Below are positions 45,608 through 55,660 of a DNA stretch of 64,000 nt, piece by piece. Made by a program: the position numbers and the translations under genes. Numbering within the stretch: position 1 is the stretch's first letter; each line of letters begins with the position of its first letter. The stretch is from positions 16-64,015 of the forward strand of contig CALULT010000010.1 of assembly GCA_944321565.1 (NCBI GenBank), in the 5' to 3' direction. Source of the stretch: an uncultured Paraprevotella sp. Lineage in GTDB: Bacteria > Bacteroidota > Bacteroidia > Bacteroidales > Bacteroidaceae. The notes below the pieces were generated by a model. The model was given only the letters and a program-made list of their open reading frames with translations. It was not told the DNA's origin and did no database searches.

Positions 45608-46789
45608 ATGAAAGAATTAGCATTAAAGTACGGATGCAATCCGAATCAGAAGCCCTCCCGGATTTACATGACCGAGGGGGAACTGCCCATTGAAGTCCTC
45701 AACGGACGCCCGGGGTACATCAACTTTTTGGATGCGCTCAACGGATGGCAGTTAGTCAAGGAACTCAAGGAAGCCACAGGCATGCCTGCGGCCACCTCTT
45801 TCAAGCATGTGTCGCCCGCCGGAGCCGCTATCGGCCTCCCGCTCACCGACACCTTGAGAAAGATATATTTCGTGGACGACGTGCAAATCCCGCTTTCCCC
45901 GTTGGCATGCGCTTACGCACGCGCACGCGGAGCCGACCGCATGTCCAGCTATGGTGACTTCATCGCGCTGAGCGACACCTGCGACGCTGCCACCGCCACA
46001 CTTATCAAACGGGAAGTGAGCGATGGTGTCATCGCACCGGGTTACACGGAAGAAGCCCTCGAAATCCTGCGCGAGAAACGCAAAGGCACCTACTACTTCA
46101 TCAAGATTGACCCGGACTACGTGCCTGCCCCCGTGGAACACAAACAGGTATTCGGCATCACCTTCGAACAAGGCCGCAACGAAATCAAACTGAACGACCC
46201 CGCCTTGTTCGAAAACATCCCGACAGCCAACAAAACATTTACCGAAGAAGCCAAACGCGACCTGATGATTGCCCTCATCACCCTGAAATACACCCAAAGC
46301 AATTCCGTGTGCTACGTGAAGGACGGACAGGCCATCGGCATCGGCGCTGGCCAGCAGAGCCGCATCCATTGCACCCGTTTGGCCGGCAACAAAGCCGACA
46401 TTTGGTGGCTGCGCCAGCATCCGAAAGTGATGAGCCTGCCTTTCGTGGAGAAAATCCGCCGTGCCGACCGCGACAACACCATTGACATCTACATCAGCGA
46501 CGACTACATGGACGTGTTGGCCGATGGCGAATGGCAAAAGTTCTTCACCGAATGCCCCGAGCCGCTCACGCGCGAAGAAAAAAAGGAATGGATTGCCCAA
46601 AACACCAATGTGGCTCTTGGCTCGGATGCCTTCTTCCCCTTCGGCGACAACATCGAACGTGCACATAAGAGCGGAGTGCAGTATGTGGCACAAGCCGGAG
46701 GCAGTGTGCGCGACGACCATGTCATCGCGACCTGCGACAAGTACGGCATCGCCATGGCTTTCACCGGCATACGCCTGTTCCATCATTAA
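45608..46789 (+). CDS. AICAR-transformylase-domain protein (PurH-like, lacking the IMP cyclohydrolase/MGS domain)
   Basis: MKELALKYGCNPNQKP...GYINFLDALNGWQLV...SFKHVSPAGAA resembles the PurH AICARFT domain. The upstream part of track ORF 45452.. overlaps the tmRNA and is not coding. Confidence 0.75.
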   Translation: MKELALKYGCNPNQKPSRIYMTEGELPIEVLNGRPGYINFLDALNGWQLVKELKEATGMPAATSFKHVSPAGAAIGLPLTDTLRKIYFVDDVQIPLSPLACAYARARGADRMSSYGDFIALSDTCDAATATLIKREVSDGVIAPGYTEEALEILREKRKGTYYFIKIDPDYVPAPVEHKQVFGITFEQGRNEIKLNDPALFENIPTANKTFTEEAKRDLMIALITLKYTQSNSVCYVKDGQAIGIGAGQQSRIHCTRLAGNKADIWWLRQHPKVMSLPFVEKIRRADRDNTIDIYISDDYMDVLADGEWQKFFTECPEPLTREEKKEWIAQNTNVALGSDAFFPFGDNIERAHKSGVQYVAQAGGSVRDDHVIATCDKYGIAMAFTGIRLFHH

Positions 46790-46801
46790 TTCCATCCTAT
46801 T

Positions 46802-47011
46802 ATGGCCGACTTTGGAGGAGACAATATAGACCAGGTCATCATGGGGGGCATCGTGTTTTCCGGCGGTGCAAAAAACACATCCGGGAAACAAAATGCCAAA
46901 GTGAAAACCAAAGCCAAAAAGAAGGGCTACGCCACCGGGGCACACGGTTCCGGCTCGGCAAAAAAGAAAGCCGACATCCGGCAACGCCGCGCCAACCGGC
47001 ATAAAAAATAG
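46802..47011 (+). CDS. Hypothetical small lysine-rich basic protein (69 aa)
   Basis: The ATG is 12 nt after the purH-like stop. Codon third positions look like those of neighbouring genes. A strong terminator follows directly. No recognisable family. Confidence 0.4.
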   Translation: MADFGGDNIDQVIMGGIVFSGGAKNTSGKQNAKVKTKAKKKGYATGAHGSGSAKKKADIRQRRANRHKK

Positions 47012-47025
47012 ATTAGACGATTGCT

Positions 47026-47060
47026 CCGCCTGCATTTATCTCGTGCAGGCGGGGCTTTTT
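47026..47060. terminator. Rho-independent terminator
   Basis: CCGCCTGCA (47026-47034) pairs with TGCAGGCGG (47044-47052), followed by GGCTTTTT. Confidence 0.75.
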
Positions 47061-47086
47061 CATTTGCCCAATCTATGCACAACCTG

Positions 47087-48307
47087 TCACTCCGCCTTGA
47101 TTGAAATCCGGCCATTCGCCTTACGAGTGAATGTCAGCATGCCATTTTTCAAGACATGATTTGCATGGTCAAAAATATAATCGCTGTTGAAAGGCACTCC
47201 GTTCACCCGCACCTCGAAATGGCAATGCTCCGTCGTGGCACGTCCGGTACGGCCTACTGTGGCTATCGCGTCACCGGCCTTCACGCGGTCGCCCGCCTTC
47301 ACCAGGTTCTTGGCATTATGGCTATAACAGGTTTCCAACCCATTGGCATGGCGCACCACCACCATGTTGCCGTAAGCGGAATATTTGCCGGAAAAACGCA
47401 CCACGCCATCGAATACGGCCCTGATTTTGTCCTTTGGCCGCGTTTTCAGGTCGGTTCCTGTATGATTCTTACGTTTCCCGCCATACGGGCTGATGACTTT
47501 CGCGCCCGGCAAAGGATAAGACCATTTCCCCACACGCGCCAAATCAACCGTAAAGGAAGAGGCATGTTCAAACAATCCCGGTGTGGCCACTCCGACATGT
47601 TGCCGCTCCATGGCCGAGAAAGGACGGTCCAAGTCCACCACGGCCGGTGTCTCCATCCAATCGAAACGAGGTGCGCGTTCCGCTACCGCACCGATGGCAC
47701 ATAAAGATACTCTTACCATCCCGTCGCCTCCCAAAGAAAACACAGCCATTTCGTCCTTCAACGTCCCATCCGGACGAACCAAAGTGGAAGGATTGAGCGG
47801 CACCCCGTTGACCATCATCGTAAAGTAGGTATATACCATCCCATGGTCGGCCCCGGCCAAAGCCACAGGCTGCCCGGCTGACACATAATCGCCCGATGAC
47901 ACCAACGTTTTGGCATGATGGGCATAGACCGTCTCCATGCCATTGGGATGAAGGACGACCACCGTCTTGCCTAAATTCGTCTTACGCACCAGGCGCACCA
48001 CACCCTCCATCGCCGCTTTCACTTCATGACGCGGCTCGGGCGACATGATATACCATCCCACCGTCTCATGAGGGAATTCCGGTGTAAACAACACGCCGTC
48101 CTCCACCGGAAGACACCACCCATCGCGCCTCATGTCCGATGGAGCCACAGTGAAATAATCATAATGGTCAAACAAACCGGCCGTCGGTATGTGAAGCATG
48201 CGGCGTTCCATGCGGGAAAAATCAACCTGCTCCTGGTGATGTTCCGTGAAAGAATAAAACAACGCCAACAGCAAGGCCAAACACAAAATTGAAATACGCT
48301 TCATCAT
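47087..48307 (-). CDS. M23-family metallopeptidase (LytM domain), secreted
   Basis: HTGTDL ... GNMVVVRHANGLETCYSHN ... TTEHCHFEVRVNG (HxxxD / HxH motifs). A second, degenerate LytM-like domain lies upstream. Signal peptide MMKRISILCLALLLALF starts from the ATG at 48307. Confidence 0.85.
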   Translation of the reverse strand: MMKRISILCLALLLALFYSFTEHHQEQVDFSRMERRMLHIPTAGLFDHYDYFTVAPSDMRRDGWCLPVEDGVLFTPEFPHETVGWYIMSPEPRHEVKAAMEGVVRLVRKTNLGKTVVVLHPNGMETVYAHHAKTLVSSGDYVSAGQPVALAGADHGMVYTYFTMMVNGVPLNPSTLVRPDGTLKDEMAVFSLGGDGMVRVSLCAIGAVAERAPRFDWMETPAVVDLDRPFSAMERQHVGVATPGLFEHASSFTVDLARVGKWSYPLPGAKVISPYGGKRKNHTGTDLKTRPKDKIRAVFDGVVRFSGKYSAYGNMVVVRHANGLETCYSHNAKNLVKAGDRVKAGDAIATVGRTGRATTEHCHFEVRVNGVPFNSDYIFDHANHVLKNGMLTFTRKANGRISIKAE

Positions 48308-48324
48308 GATTCTTACACCTCTTT

Positions 48325-49137
48325 TCATTCCGTCAGGAAAATGCCATTTAAGATTCGCCCGGAACGAATACCCAAACGACGCGCCGAAAAAAAACATTCC
48401 GGATGCTGATAAGTACAGATTCCGGACTGCAGGATTCGCCCCCCCGGCACTCCCACATCCTCCAAGATGCCCCGATTGGCCTGCCACAAATCAAGATGCC
48501 ACTTTTCTGCCGAAGCAACAACAATATTCCCGGCCACGGGAAAACGCCGGGACATGGCCTGCATCGGGAAACCTGCTTCGCGGAAAGCTTCAAACACCTC
48601 GTCGCCCACTTCGAAGGCTTCAAGGGAAATACCCGGCCCGACCGCCACACGGACATCGGCAGCCTTCGTGCCGTAAGCGTCACACATGGCCCGCAAAGCC
48701 AACTCAGGTATGCGCTGCAACGTGCCTCGCCAGCCGGCGTGCACGGCAGCCACGGCATGGTGACGCGCATCATATATTAATATAGGTATACAGTCGGCCG
48801 TCGAAACCGACACACAAGTGAATGGCAAATCGGTCATCACGGCATCCACGCCTTCGAGCACGAACCTCCTCTCCTCTTCCGGCAAGCGGAAGAAAGCCTC
48901 ATCAATGCGGCGCACCTCCACGCCATGCACCTGATGGGGCATGACCAGCCTTGCAGGTTCAAGCCCCATCGTCCGGCAAAGCAATTCGCGGTTCATGCGC
49001 ACCGCACATGCATCGTCCCCGCAATAGGCATTCACATTGAACGATGCATATGCACCTATGCTGTAACCGCCCCTGCGCCCCGTGCTGAAAGCCCGGACAC
49101 CGTGCCCCAAATCATATTCCAACAAATCCGGCTTCAT
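48325..49137 (-). CDS. pgeF: Peptidoglycan editing factor PgeF (YfiH/DUF152 family)
   Basis: RAFSTGRRGG...MPHQVHG...VSVSTADCIPI...AVHAGWRG. Confidence 0.85.
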   Translation of the reverse strand: MKPDLLEYDLGHGVRAFSTGRRGGYSIGAYASFNVNAYCGDDACAVRMNRELLCRTMGLEPARLVMPHQVHGVEVRRIDEAFFRLPEEERRFVLEGVDAVMTDLPFTCVSVSTADCIPILIYDARHHAVAAVHAGWRGTLQRIPELALRAMCDAYGTKAADVRVAVGPGISLEAFEVGDEVFEAFREAGFPMQAMSRRFPVAGNIVVASAEKWHLDLWQANRGILEDVGVPGGRILQSGICTYQHPECFFSARRLGIRSGRILNGIFLTE

Positions 49138-49151
49138 GCCTCGCTGCCGTC

Positions 49152-50333
49152 CTATTGTCGGGGTTCCTCCTCATCCCAATCTTCCTCGTACTCGAAATCA
49201 TCCAAGTCTTCCACATCGTCTTCGTCCACGAACTGGATGTCCTCGTCCTCGCCCATGGCCGCCAGCTCTTCCGGCAAGAGAGCCAGGTTTTTATTCCGGT
49301 GCACCATGCCCGCCTGTGCCGTGATGGATTGCAACTTATTGCTTTCGCTATTCAATTCTTTCCACAACAGGTCTTTCAACTCGGCAATGCCCATTCCCGT
49401 CACGGAAGAAATGAACACATGCGGCACGTCCGGCAGGTGCTCGGACAACATCTGAATCAGTTCCGCATCGAGCAAATCGCTCTTGGTAATAGCCAACACC
49501 CGCTGTTTGTCAAGCATTTCGGGATTGAACGTGGCCAGCTCCTTCAACAACACCTCATACTCCTTGCAGATATCATCCGTGTCTCCGGGCACCATGAAGA
49601 GCAACAACGAGTTGCGCTCGATGTGGCGGAGGAAACGCAGGCCAAGCCCCTTGCCTTCACTGGCCCCTTCGATGATGCCGGGTATGTCCGCCATGACAAA
49701 CGATTGGTTGTCGCGGTAAGACACGATGCCCAGGCTCGGCTCCAACGTGGTAAACGGATAATTGGCGATTTTAGGACGCGCTGACGACACTGCACTCAGC
49801 AATGTGGACTTCCCCGCATTGGGAAATCCCACCAAGCCCACGTCGGCCAGCAATTTCAGTTCCATGATGACGGTCATTTCCTGCATCGGCTCGCCGGGCT
49901 GGGCATAACGCGGTGCCTGGTTGGTCGCCGTGCGGAAATTCCAGTTCCCCAATCCGCCACGACCGCCCTTAAGAAGCAGGACAACTTGCCCGTCCTCGGT
50001 CACGTCGCAGATATATTCGCCCGTCTCGGCATTATAGACCACCGTGCCGCAAGGCACGTCGATGTAACGGTCCTCGCCGTCCTTCCCCGAGGAACGGGCT
50101 TTCGACCCGTTCCCCCCGTGCCCTGCAAAGACGTGGCGTTCATACCGCAAATGGAGCAACGTCCAATAATTGTGGTTGCCGCGAAGGTAAATGTTTCCTC
50201 CTCGTCCGCCGTTCCCGCCGTCCGGTCCGCCATTGGGCACATATTTGGCACGGCGCATGTGTGCAGAGCCGCGCCCTCCTTTGCCCGAACGGCAATATAT
50301 CTTCACGTAATCAACAAAATTGGATTCCGCCAT
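49152..50333 (-). CDS. obg: GTPase Obg/CgtA
   Basis: [23 protein letters not shown]...[12 protein letters not shown], then GFPNAGKST and DIPGIIEGA. Confidence 0.95.
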   Translation of the reverse strand: MAESNFVDYVKIYCRSGKGGRGSAHMRRAKYVPNGGPDGGNGGRGGNIYLRGNHNYWTLLHLRYERHVFAGHGGNGSKARSSGKDGEDRYIDVPCGTVVYNAETGEYICDVTEDGQVVLLLKGGRGGLGNWNFRTATNQAPRYAQPGEPMQEMTVIMELKLLADVGLVGFPNAGKSTLLSAVSSARPKIANYPFTTLEPSLGIVSYRDNQSFVMADIPGIIEGASEGKGLGLRFLRHIERNSLLLFMVPGDTDDICKEYEVLLKELATFNPEMLDKQRVLAITKSDLLDAELIQMLSEHLPDVPHVFISSVTGMGIAELKDLLWKELNSESNKLQSITAQAGMVHRNKNLALLPEELAAMGEDEDIQFVDEDDVEDLDDFEYEEDWDEEEPRQ

Positions 50334-50341
50334 GTCGCGAC

Positions 50342-50917
50342 TTATTTGTTTTCTGCGTCTATTGACTCAAAAATCTCCTCCAGCATCAGGTCTTTCGAAC
50401 CTTTCCAAGTGAACACGTGGCGCAGGCCTTCCTTCTCAAACCAGTCCGCCAACGGGGCTGTCTGGCTGCGATACACGTCGAAACGCTTCTTGATGGTCTC
50501 TTCGTTGTCATCGGCACGCCCTTGTTCCAAGGCACGGTTCAGCAAACGGGCCATCAGCGTCTCCTCGTCCACCACCAGTTCAATCATCATGCCCATGTCA
50601 TGGTTGCGTTCGGCCAGCATCTTCTTCAAAGCCTCAGCCTGCGCGATGGTGCGGGGGAAGCCGTCGAAAATCACGCCCTTGCCCTGCGGCAGCGCATCGT
50701 AGGTCTTGGCCAGGATGTCAATCATCAGTTCGTCTGGAATCAGCTGGCCGTTGTCGATGTAGCCCTTGGCCACCTTGCCCAGTTCCGTGCCGTTCTTGAT
50801 TTCGCCACGCAACACATCGCCGGTAGAAATGTGTTCCATGCCATACTTCGTCACGATCTCGTCACTATACGTGCCTTTTCCCGAACCGGGCGCACCGAAA
50901 ATAATAATGTTCTTCAT
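50342..50917 (-). CDS. adk: Adenylate kinase
   Basis: [16 protein letters not shown]...ISTGDVLR...DGFPRT. Confidence 0.95.
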   Translation of the reverse strand: MKNIIIFGAPGSGKGTYSDEIVTKYGMEHISTGDVLRGEIKNGTELGKVAKGYIDNGQLIPDELMIDILAKTYDALPQGKGVIFDGFPRTIAQAEALKKMLAERNHDMGMMIELVVDEETLMARLLNRALEQGRADDNEETIKKRFDVYRSQTAPLADWFEKEGLRHVFTWKGSKDLMLEEIFESIDAENK

Positions 50918-50964
50918 TTTATCCTATTTAGTCTGTCAAATCAAATTTCTTTTCCCGCCGGGAC

Positions 50965-51501
50965 TCATTCCACCACGGTATAAATATCCCGCGTGTTACG
51001 CCCGAATCCGTCATAGTCCAATCCATATCCGACTATAAAGTCATTCGGGATTTCAAAACAGCGGTAACGGATGTCCACATCCACTTTCAAGTTCTCCGGC
51101 TTCACCAGCAATGTGCAAACGGCAAGCGAACGGGGATTGCGGGCGCGCAACATCTCCATGACATGTTGCATCGTCAACCCGGAGTCCACGATATCTTCCA
51201 CGACAACCACGTCACGACCCTCAATGTCAGCGTCAAGGCCTATCATGTCCGCCACCTCGCCCGTAGATGACATGCCGGCATAGGAAGCCAGCTTGACAAA
51301 GGATATTTGGGATTCCAGCGTGATTTCCCGCATCAGATCGGCCGCAAAAATGAACGACCCGTTCAATATGGCAAGAAACAAAGGTTTCCTCCCGCACAAA
51401 TCACGGTTGATTTCCTCCGCCACCCGTTTCACCTGCCTTCTGATTTCCGCCTCGGGAATAGACACGGCAAATTTTTTATCCTTTATCTGAAGCGTTTCCA
51501 T
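50965..51501 (-). CDS. hpt: Hypoxanthine phosphoribosyltransferase
   Basis: VVVVEDIVDSGLTM (PRPP-binding motif) and DFIVGYGLDY. Confidence 0.9.
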   Translation of the reverse strand: METLQIKDKKFAVSIPEAEIRRQVKRVAEEINRDLCGRKPLFLAILNGSFIFAADLMREITLESQISFVKLASYAGMSSTGEVADMIGLDADIEGRDVVVVEDIVDSGLTMQHVMEMLRARNPRSLAVCTLLVKPENLKVDVDIRYRCFEIPNDFIVGYGLDYDGFGRNTRDIYTVVE

Positions 51502-51521
51502 ATCTTTTTGCTAATTTTGTG

Positions 51522-51529
51522 CAAAGATA
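51522..51529 (-). promoter_or_regulatory. Bacteroides-type -7 box (TATCTTTG on the minus strand) for hpt; a plus-strand TAATTTTG box lies at 51512-51519
   Basis: Exact matches on both strands in the divergent hpt/nnr intergenic region. Confidence 0.45.
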
Positions 51530-51618
51530 GTGCAAACTAAGAGAAATAAGAAAGAAACGCGAGTTTATTTCTATATTCGAAGTGCGCCTGTCTTCTACAT
51601 TTCAGTCGTATTCATGTC

Positions 51619-53136
51619 ATGAAGATACTAACCTCAACCCAATTTAAAGCACTAGACAAATACACCATCGAACATGAACCGGTCTCTTCCATCGATTTGA
51701 TGGAACGTGCGGCAAAAGCCCTCACGCAAGAAATCATGAAACGATGGGACAAGACCACGCGAATCATCGCATTTGCCGGCCCGGGCAACAACGGCGGAGA
51801 CGCCTTGGCCGTCTCCCGTTTGCTTCACCATGCAGGCTATGCCGTACACACATACCTTTTCAACATCACCGGCCGGCTCAGCAACGACTGCCTGGCCAAC
51901 AAAAAGAGGTTGGAAAACCTGTCAGGCTTGAGTTTCACGGAAATTTCTTCCCAATTCTCTTTCCCGGAATTGAACAAGGAAGACGTAATCATCGACGGAC
52001 TTTTCGGCACGGGGCTCAACAAACCCCTCGAAGGGGGCTATGCCGGATTGGTCAAAAGAATCAACGCCTGTCCGGCCACGACCGTGAGCATCGACATGCC
52101 CTCCGGCCTGATGGGCGAGGACAACTCCGCCAACAATCCCGCAGCCATCGTCCGTGCCGACCTCACACTGACCATCCAACTGCCGAAACTTGCTTTTTTC
52201 TTTCCCGAAAACCAGCCCTACGTTGGTGAAGTGCAGGCCATCGACATCCAACTCTCACAAGAAGGATTGGAAAACATCGACAGCAGCATCACCATGACAG
52301 AAGAGCCACAAATCCGCAAGATGCTCAAGCCGCGTTCCCCCTTTGCCCACAAAGGCAGCATGGGACATGCCCTGCTCGTGAGCGGACAATACGGCATGGC
52401 GGGCGCCACGGTGCTGGCAGCAAAGGCATGCCTGAGAAGCGGAGCGGGCAAGCTCACCGTCCACACGCCGGACATGAACAACAACATCCTGCAATGCTCT
52501 GTGCCCGAAGCCATCCTCAGCCACGACATTTCAGACATGATTGTGTCAAAAGCCATCAGCACATACAATTACGACGCATTGGCTATCGGCCCCGGCTTGG
52601 GCACCCATGAGGAGACGGCCGAAGCAGTGCGTACATTCATACGCAACCATCCGGGCGAGATGGTGCTTGATGCTGATGCGCTCAACATCCTGGCAGCCCA
52701 TCCCGAATGGAAGGCCGACATCCCCCAGGATGCCATCCTCACCCCGCATCCCAAAGAACTGGACAACTTGGTCGGGACAAGCCAGGACAGTTACAGCCGG
52801 CTGTCGAAAGCCCGTGAACTGGCCATCAAGTTGCAACTCTACGTCGTCTTAAAAGGACATTACACCATGATTTGCACTCCCACAGGACGGGTGTTCATCA
52901 ATCCGACCGGAAATGCAGGCATGGCCACGGCCGGCAGCGGTGACGTGCTCACAGGCATCCTGACTGCCCTGCTGGCCCGCGGCTATTCAGCAGGAGAAGC
53001 ATGCCGCCTCGGAGTTTACCTGCATGGCCTGGCCGGCGACATCGCCTGCGAGGAATGGGGAGAAGAGAGCATGGTGGCCAGCGACATCATCCAGGCCATT
53101 CCACGCGCATTCAAAAAGCTTAAAGAAAAACCATAA
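51619..53136 (+). CDS. nnr: Bifunctional NAD(P)H-hydrate epimerase / ADP-dependent dehydratase
   Basis: N-terminal YjeF_N (FAGPGNNGGDA) and C-terminal carbohydrate-kinase-like domain (GSGDVLTG). Confidence 0.9.
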   Translation: MKILTSTQFKALDKYTIEHEPVSSIDLMERAAKALTQEIMKRWDKTTRIIAFAGPGNNGGDALAVSRLLHHAGYAVHTYLFNITGRLSNDCLANKKRLENLSGLSFTEISSQFSFPELNKEDVIIDGLFGTGLNKPLEGGYAGLVKRINACPATTVSIDMPSGLMGEDNSANNPAAIVRADLTLTIQLPKLAFFFPENQPYVGEVQAIDIQLSQEGLENIDSSITMTEEPQIRKMLKPRSPFAHKGSMGHALLVSGQYGMAGATVLAAKACLRSGAGKLTVHTPDMNNNILQCSVPEAILSHDISDMIVSKAISTYNYDALAIGPGLGTHEETAEAVRTFIRNHPGEMVLDADALNILAAHPEWKADIPQDAILTPHPKELDNLVGTSQDSYSRLSKARELAIKLQLYVVLKGHYTMICTPTGRVFINPTGNAGMATAGSGDVLTGILTALLARGYSAGEACRLGVYLHGLAGDIACEEWGEESMVASDIIQAIPRAFKKLKEKP

Positions 53137-53147
53137 ACACGAGATAT

Positions 53148-54227
53148 ATGAAAGCAAGAACCCTCTTATGCGGATTGGCTCTTTACGCCATCGGCACTAC
53201 GGCACAAACGGAAGTAAACCCCTATATCCCTGGTGCCACCGTCGAAGGCGTAACCTACTACTTGCCCCGAACGGCACTTCGCCTGGTCGTCGTGGCCGAG
53301 AAACAAGTCTATACTCCTGGGGATTTCAATAAATACGCCGACCGCTACCTGCGCCTCTCCAATGTGAATCCGGAACCTTACACCCGCTGGACCATCAAAA
53401 GCATCGAAATGGCTCCATACGGTGTGCCCGACATGCAGAAAGCTTATAGCATCGTACTGAAAAAAAGAACCGTAGCACCGCTGGTGGGACTGACACGAGA
53501 CGGCATTCTTCTTTCCATCAACACGGAAGGGGAAGAAGAAGCCCTTCCTCCCGTGCCCAAAGGCACAGATGCACCCAAGCATCCCAATCCACGGAACTAC
53601 ATGAGCCAGGAAATCCTTTCGGCTGGCAGCAACGCCAAAATCGCGGAACTGACGGCAGAAGAGATTTATGACCTCCGCGAAAGCCGCGACGCGCTGATCA
53701 AGGGCGAAGCCGACAACATGCCTAAAGACGGGGCGCAACTGAAAATCATGCTCGACCAACTGGCCTTGCAGGAACAGGCCCTCAGTCAACTCTTCAAAGG
53801 CACCATCGACACCTCCACCGAAGTATTTACCATCGACGTCACGCCGGAAGAACTGACCGACCGCATGGTGCTGTTCCGCTTCTCCCGGAAACTGGGCGTG
53901 GTGGACAACGATGACTTGTCCGGCAGCCCCGTTTATCTCTCCCTGAAAAGCATGAACACCCTGCCACAACCCGTGGAGGACGAAAAAGCGGCCAAGAAAA
54001 AAAGCAAGATGGAGGAAGGTGTCTATTACAATGTCCCCGAAAGGGTGGCCGTCAGCGTCTTCGACACGTCCAAGGAGTATTGCAAAGGGGAAATCCCCAT
54101 GGCGCAATTCGGCAACGTGGAAGTGCTGAGCGACATCCTCTTCGACAAGAAGACCACCACGCAAGTGACATTCTACTCCAGCAACGGCGGCATCAAGCAA
54201 CTGACGGACAACGCTGCGGAAGAATAA
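53148..54227 (+). CDS. Secreted hypothetical protein (possibly DUF4831 family)
   Basis: Signal peptide MKARTLLCGLALYAIGTTAQ. The family name comes only from memory of similar Bacteroides proteins. Confidence 0.6.
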   Translation: MKARTLLCGLALYAIGTTAQTEVNPYIPGATVEGVTYYLPRTALRLVVVAEKQVYTPGDFNKYADRYLRLSNVNPEPYTRWTIKSIEMAPYGVPDMQKAYSIVLKKRTVAPLVGLTRDGILLSINTEGEEEALPPVPKGTDAPKHPNPRNYMSQEILSAGSNAKIAELTAEEIYDLRESRDALIKGEADNMPKDGAQLKIMLDQLALQEQALSQLFKGTIDTSTEVFTIDVTPEELTDRMVLFRFSRKLGVVDNDDLSGSPVYLSLKSMNTLPQPVEDEKAAKKKSKMEEGVYYNVPERVAVSVFDTSKEYCKGEIPMAQFGNVEVLSDILFDKKTTTQVTFYSSNGGIKQLTDNAAEE

Positions 54228-54341
54228 CCATGAGGGTGCATCAAAATGAGAAAAAGCAACTGCTCCTAATCTTGGGGATTTAACAACTGACGAATATTCA
54301 TTTGTAATCAAATGCCCTGCTTCCTGTCACTTGCCTGTGCG

Positions 54342-54530
54342 GGAAAAAACCCCTCCGCCTTGCAGGGGAGGTGGCTCGAAGAGCCGGAGGGGTTTCCCAC
54401 CCACGTGTCATTAACAAAAGGGCCATTATGGCCGCCGCACGGCGAACAGAAGGGGCGTTACGTCCCCCGTGGGTGTGAGCCCCCCTCCGCCCCTTCGGGG
54501 CTCGTCCCCCTATGGGGCGGGACAGTTCAT
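54342..54530. repeat. GC-rich intergenic repeat, copy 2
   Basis: It shares the cores CCTCCGCCTTGCAGGGGAG and CTCGAAGAGCCGGAGGGGTT with 1733-1776, plus a looser second block. It lies between convergent gene ends. Confidence 0.6.
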
Positions 54531-54680
54531 TCCTGCCGGCTTTGACTGCCGACATTCAGAAGTTTGTAAAAGCAGGAACTCTGTATTACTCAATTCCCTC
54601 AATTCGTTTTTCCAAATGGTGCTAAATCCCAAGAATGCGGGCTGTTCCGTTTAATTTTGCCACATCCTCATAACCCCCTC

Positions 54681-55598
54681 CTACCGGGAACCCAAATAAA
54701 GGAACACCATCCCCAAAAGCACAAGCAAAAGGTCAACAACCTTGCTGCGCAAGTTCTTCTCGCGGAACAGCATCGCCCCGAAAAGGAAAGAAACGACCAC
54801 ACTCCCGCGCCGAATCATGGACACGATGGAAATCATCGCCCCGTCAAGGCTGAGGGCATAGAAATACACGAAATCGGCGGCTGAGAGGAACAAGGATATC
54901 AGGACGATGCACCAATCCCAACGGAATGGCGTGGCCTGCTTACGTTTAGGCCACCACAACAGCATCAGCATGAGTCCCATCATGCCCAATTGGTAAAGGT
55001 TGTAATAACTCTGCACCACCATGCGGTCCAGCCCCACCCCGCCGTTTTCGGGCGAAGCCATCAGGTATTTGTCATACAACCCGCTCACCGCGCCCAACAG
55101 ACTGGCCAACACGACGAAATAAATCCAACGGTCGTGCTTGAAGTCTATGCCTTCCTTCTTCCCGCTACGGCTGAGCATGAAGAAGGACAGCACAGCCAAA
55201 GCCACACCCACCCATTGGTAACCGTTCAGCCGTTCGCCGAACACCAGCAATGCCCCCACAAGCACCATGACCGGACGGGTGGCATTGATAGGCCCCACGA
55301 TGGTCAGCGGCAAATGCTTCATGCCAAAATAGCCGAAGATCCAAGAGGCCAAGACGATGCACGACTTCAGGAGGATGTATTTCTGTGCCTCCCAACCAGT
55401 CTGCGGCACATAGAACATTCCACCTTCGCCAATCCATCCCCATGCTGAACCCAAGATGAGCGGCAGGAACAACAAACTGCAAACCAACGTGTTCAGGAAC
55501 AACACGGGAATTACCGCATTGTCCCGCAGCGATTCTTTCTTGAAAACATCATAAAAGCCCAATAGGGCAGCAGACGTAAACGCCAACAACAACCACAT
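54681..55598 (-). CDS. EamA-family (DMT superfamily) transporter
   Basis: 305 aa, about 10 hydrophobic segments, in two EamA-like halves. Confidence 0.8.
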   Translation of the reverse strand: MWLLLAFTSAALLGFYDVFKKESLRDNAVIPVLFLNTLVCSLLFLPLILGSAWGWIGEGGMFYVPQTGWEAQKYILLKSCIVLASWIFGYFGMKHLPLTIVGPINATRPVMVLVGALLVFGERLNGYQWVGVALAVLSFFMLSRSGKKEGIDFKHDRWIYFVVLASLLGAVSGLYDKYLMASPENGGVGLDRMVVQSYYNLYQLGMMGLMLMLLWWPKRKQATPFRWDWCIVLISLFLSAADFVYFYALSLDGAMISIVSMIRRGSVVVSFLFGAMLFREKNLRSKVVDLLLVLLGMVFLYLGSR

Positions 55599-55660
55599 AT
55601 ATTCTTATTTTCTTTTTACCTTATCCGTACTTCCCGGAACACACGCCCCATATAAACGAA

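Noticed and set aside
44996-45639. Track ORFs 44996-45592(-), 45322-45639(-) and the first 52 codons of 45452-46789(+).
   Set aside because: They overlap the tmRNA gene (45144-45539), whose acceptor stem, T-arm and tag reading frame are unambiguous.
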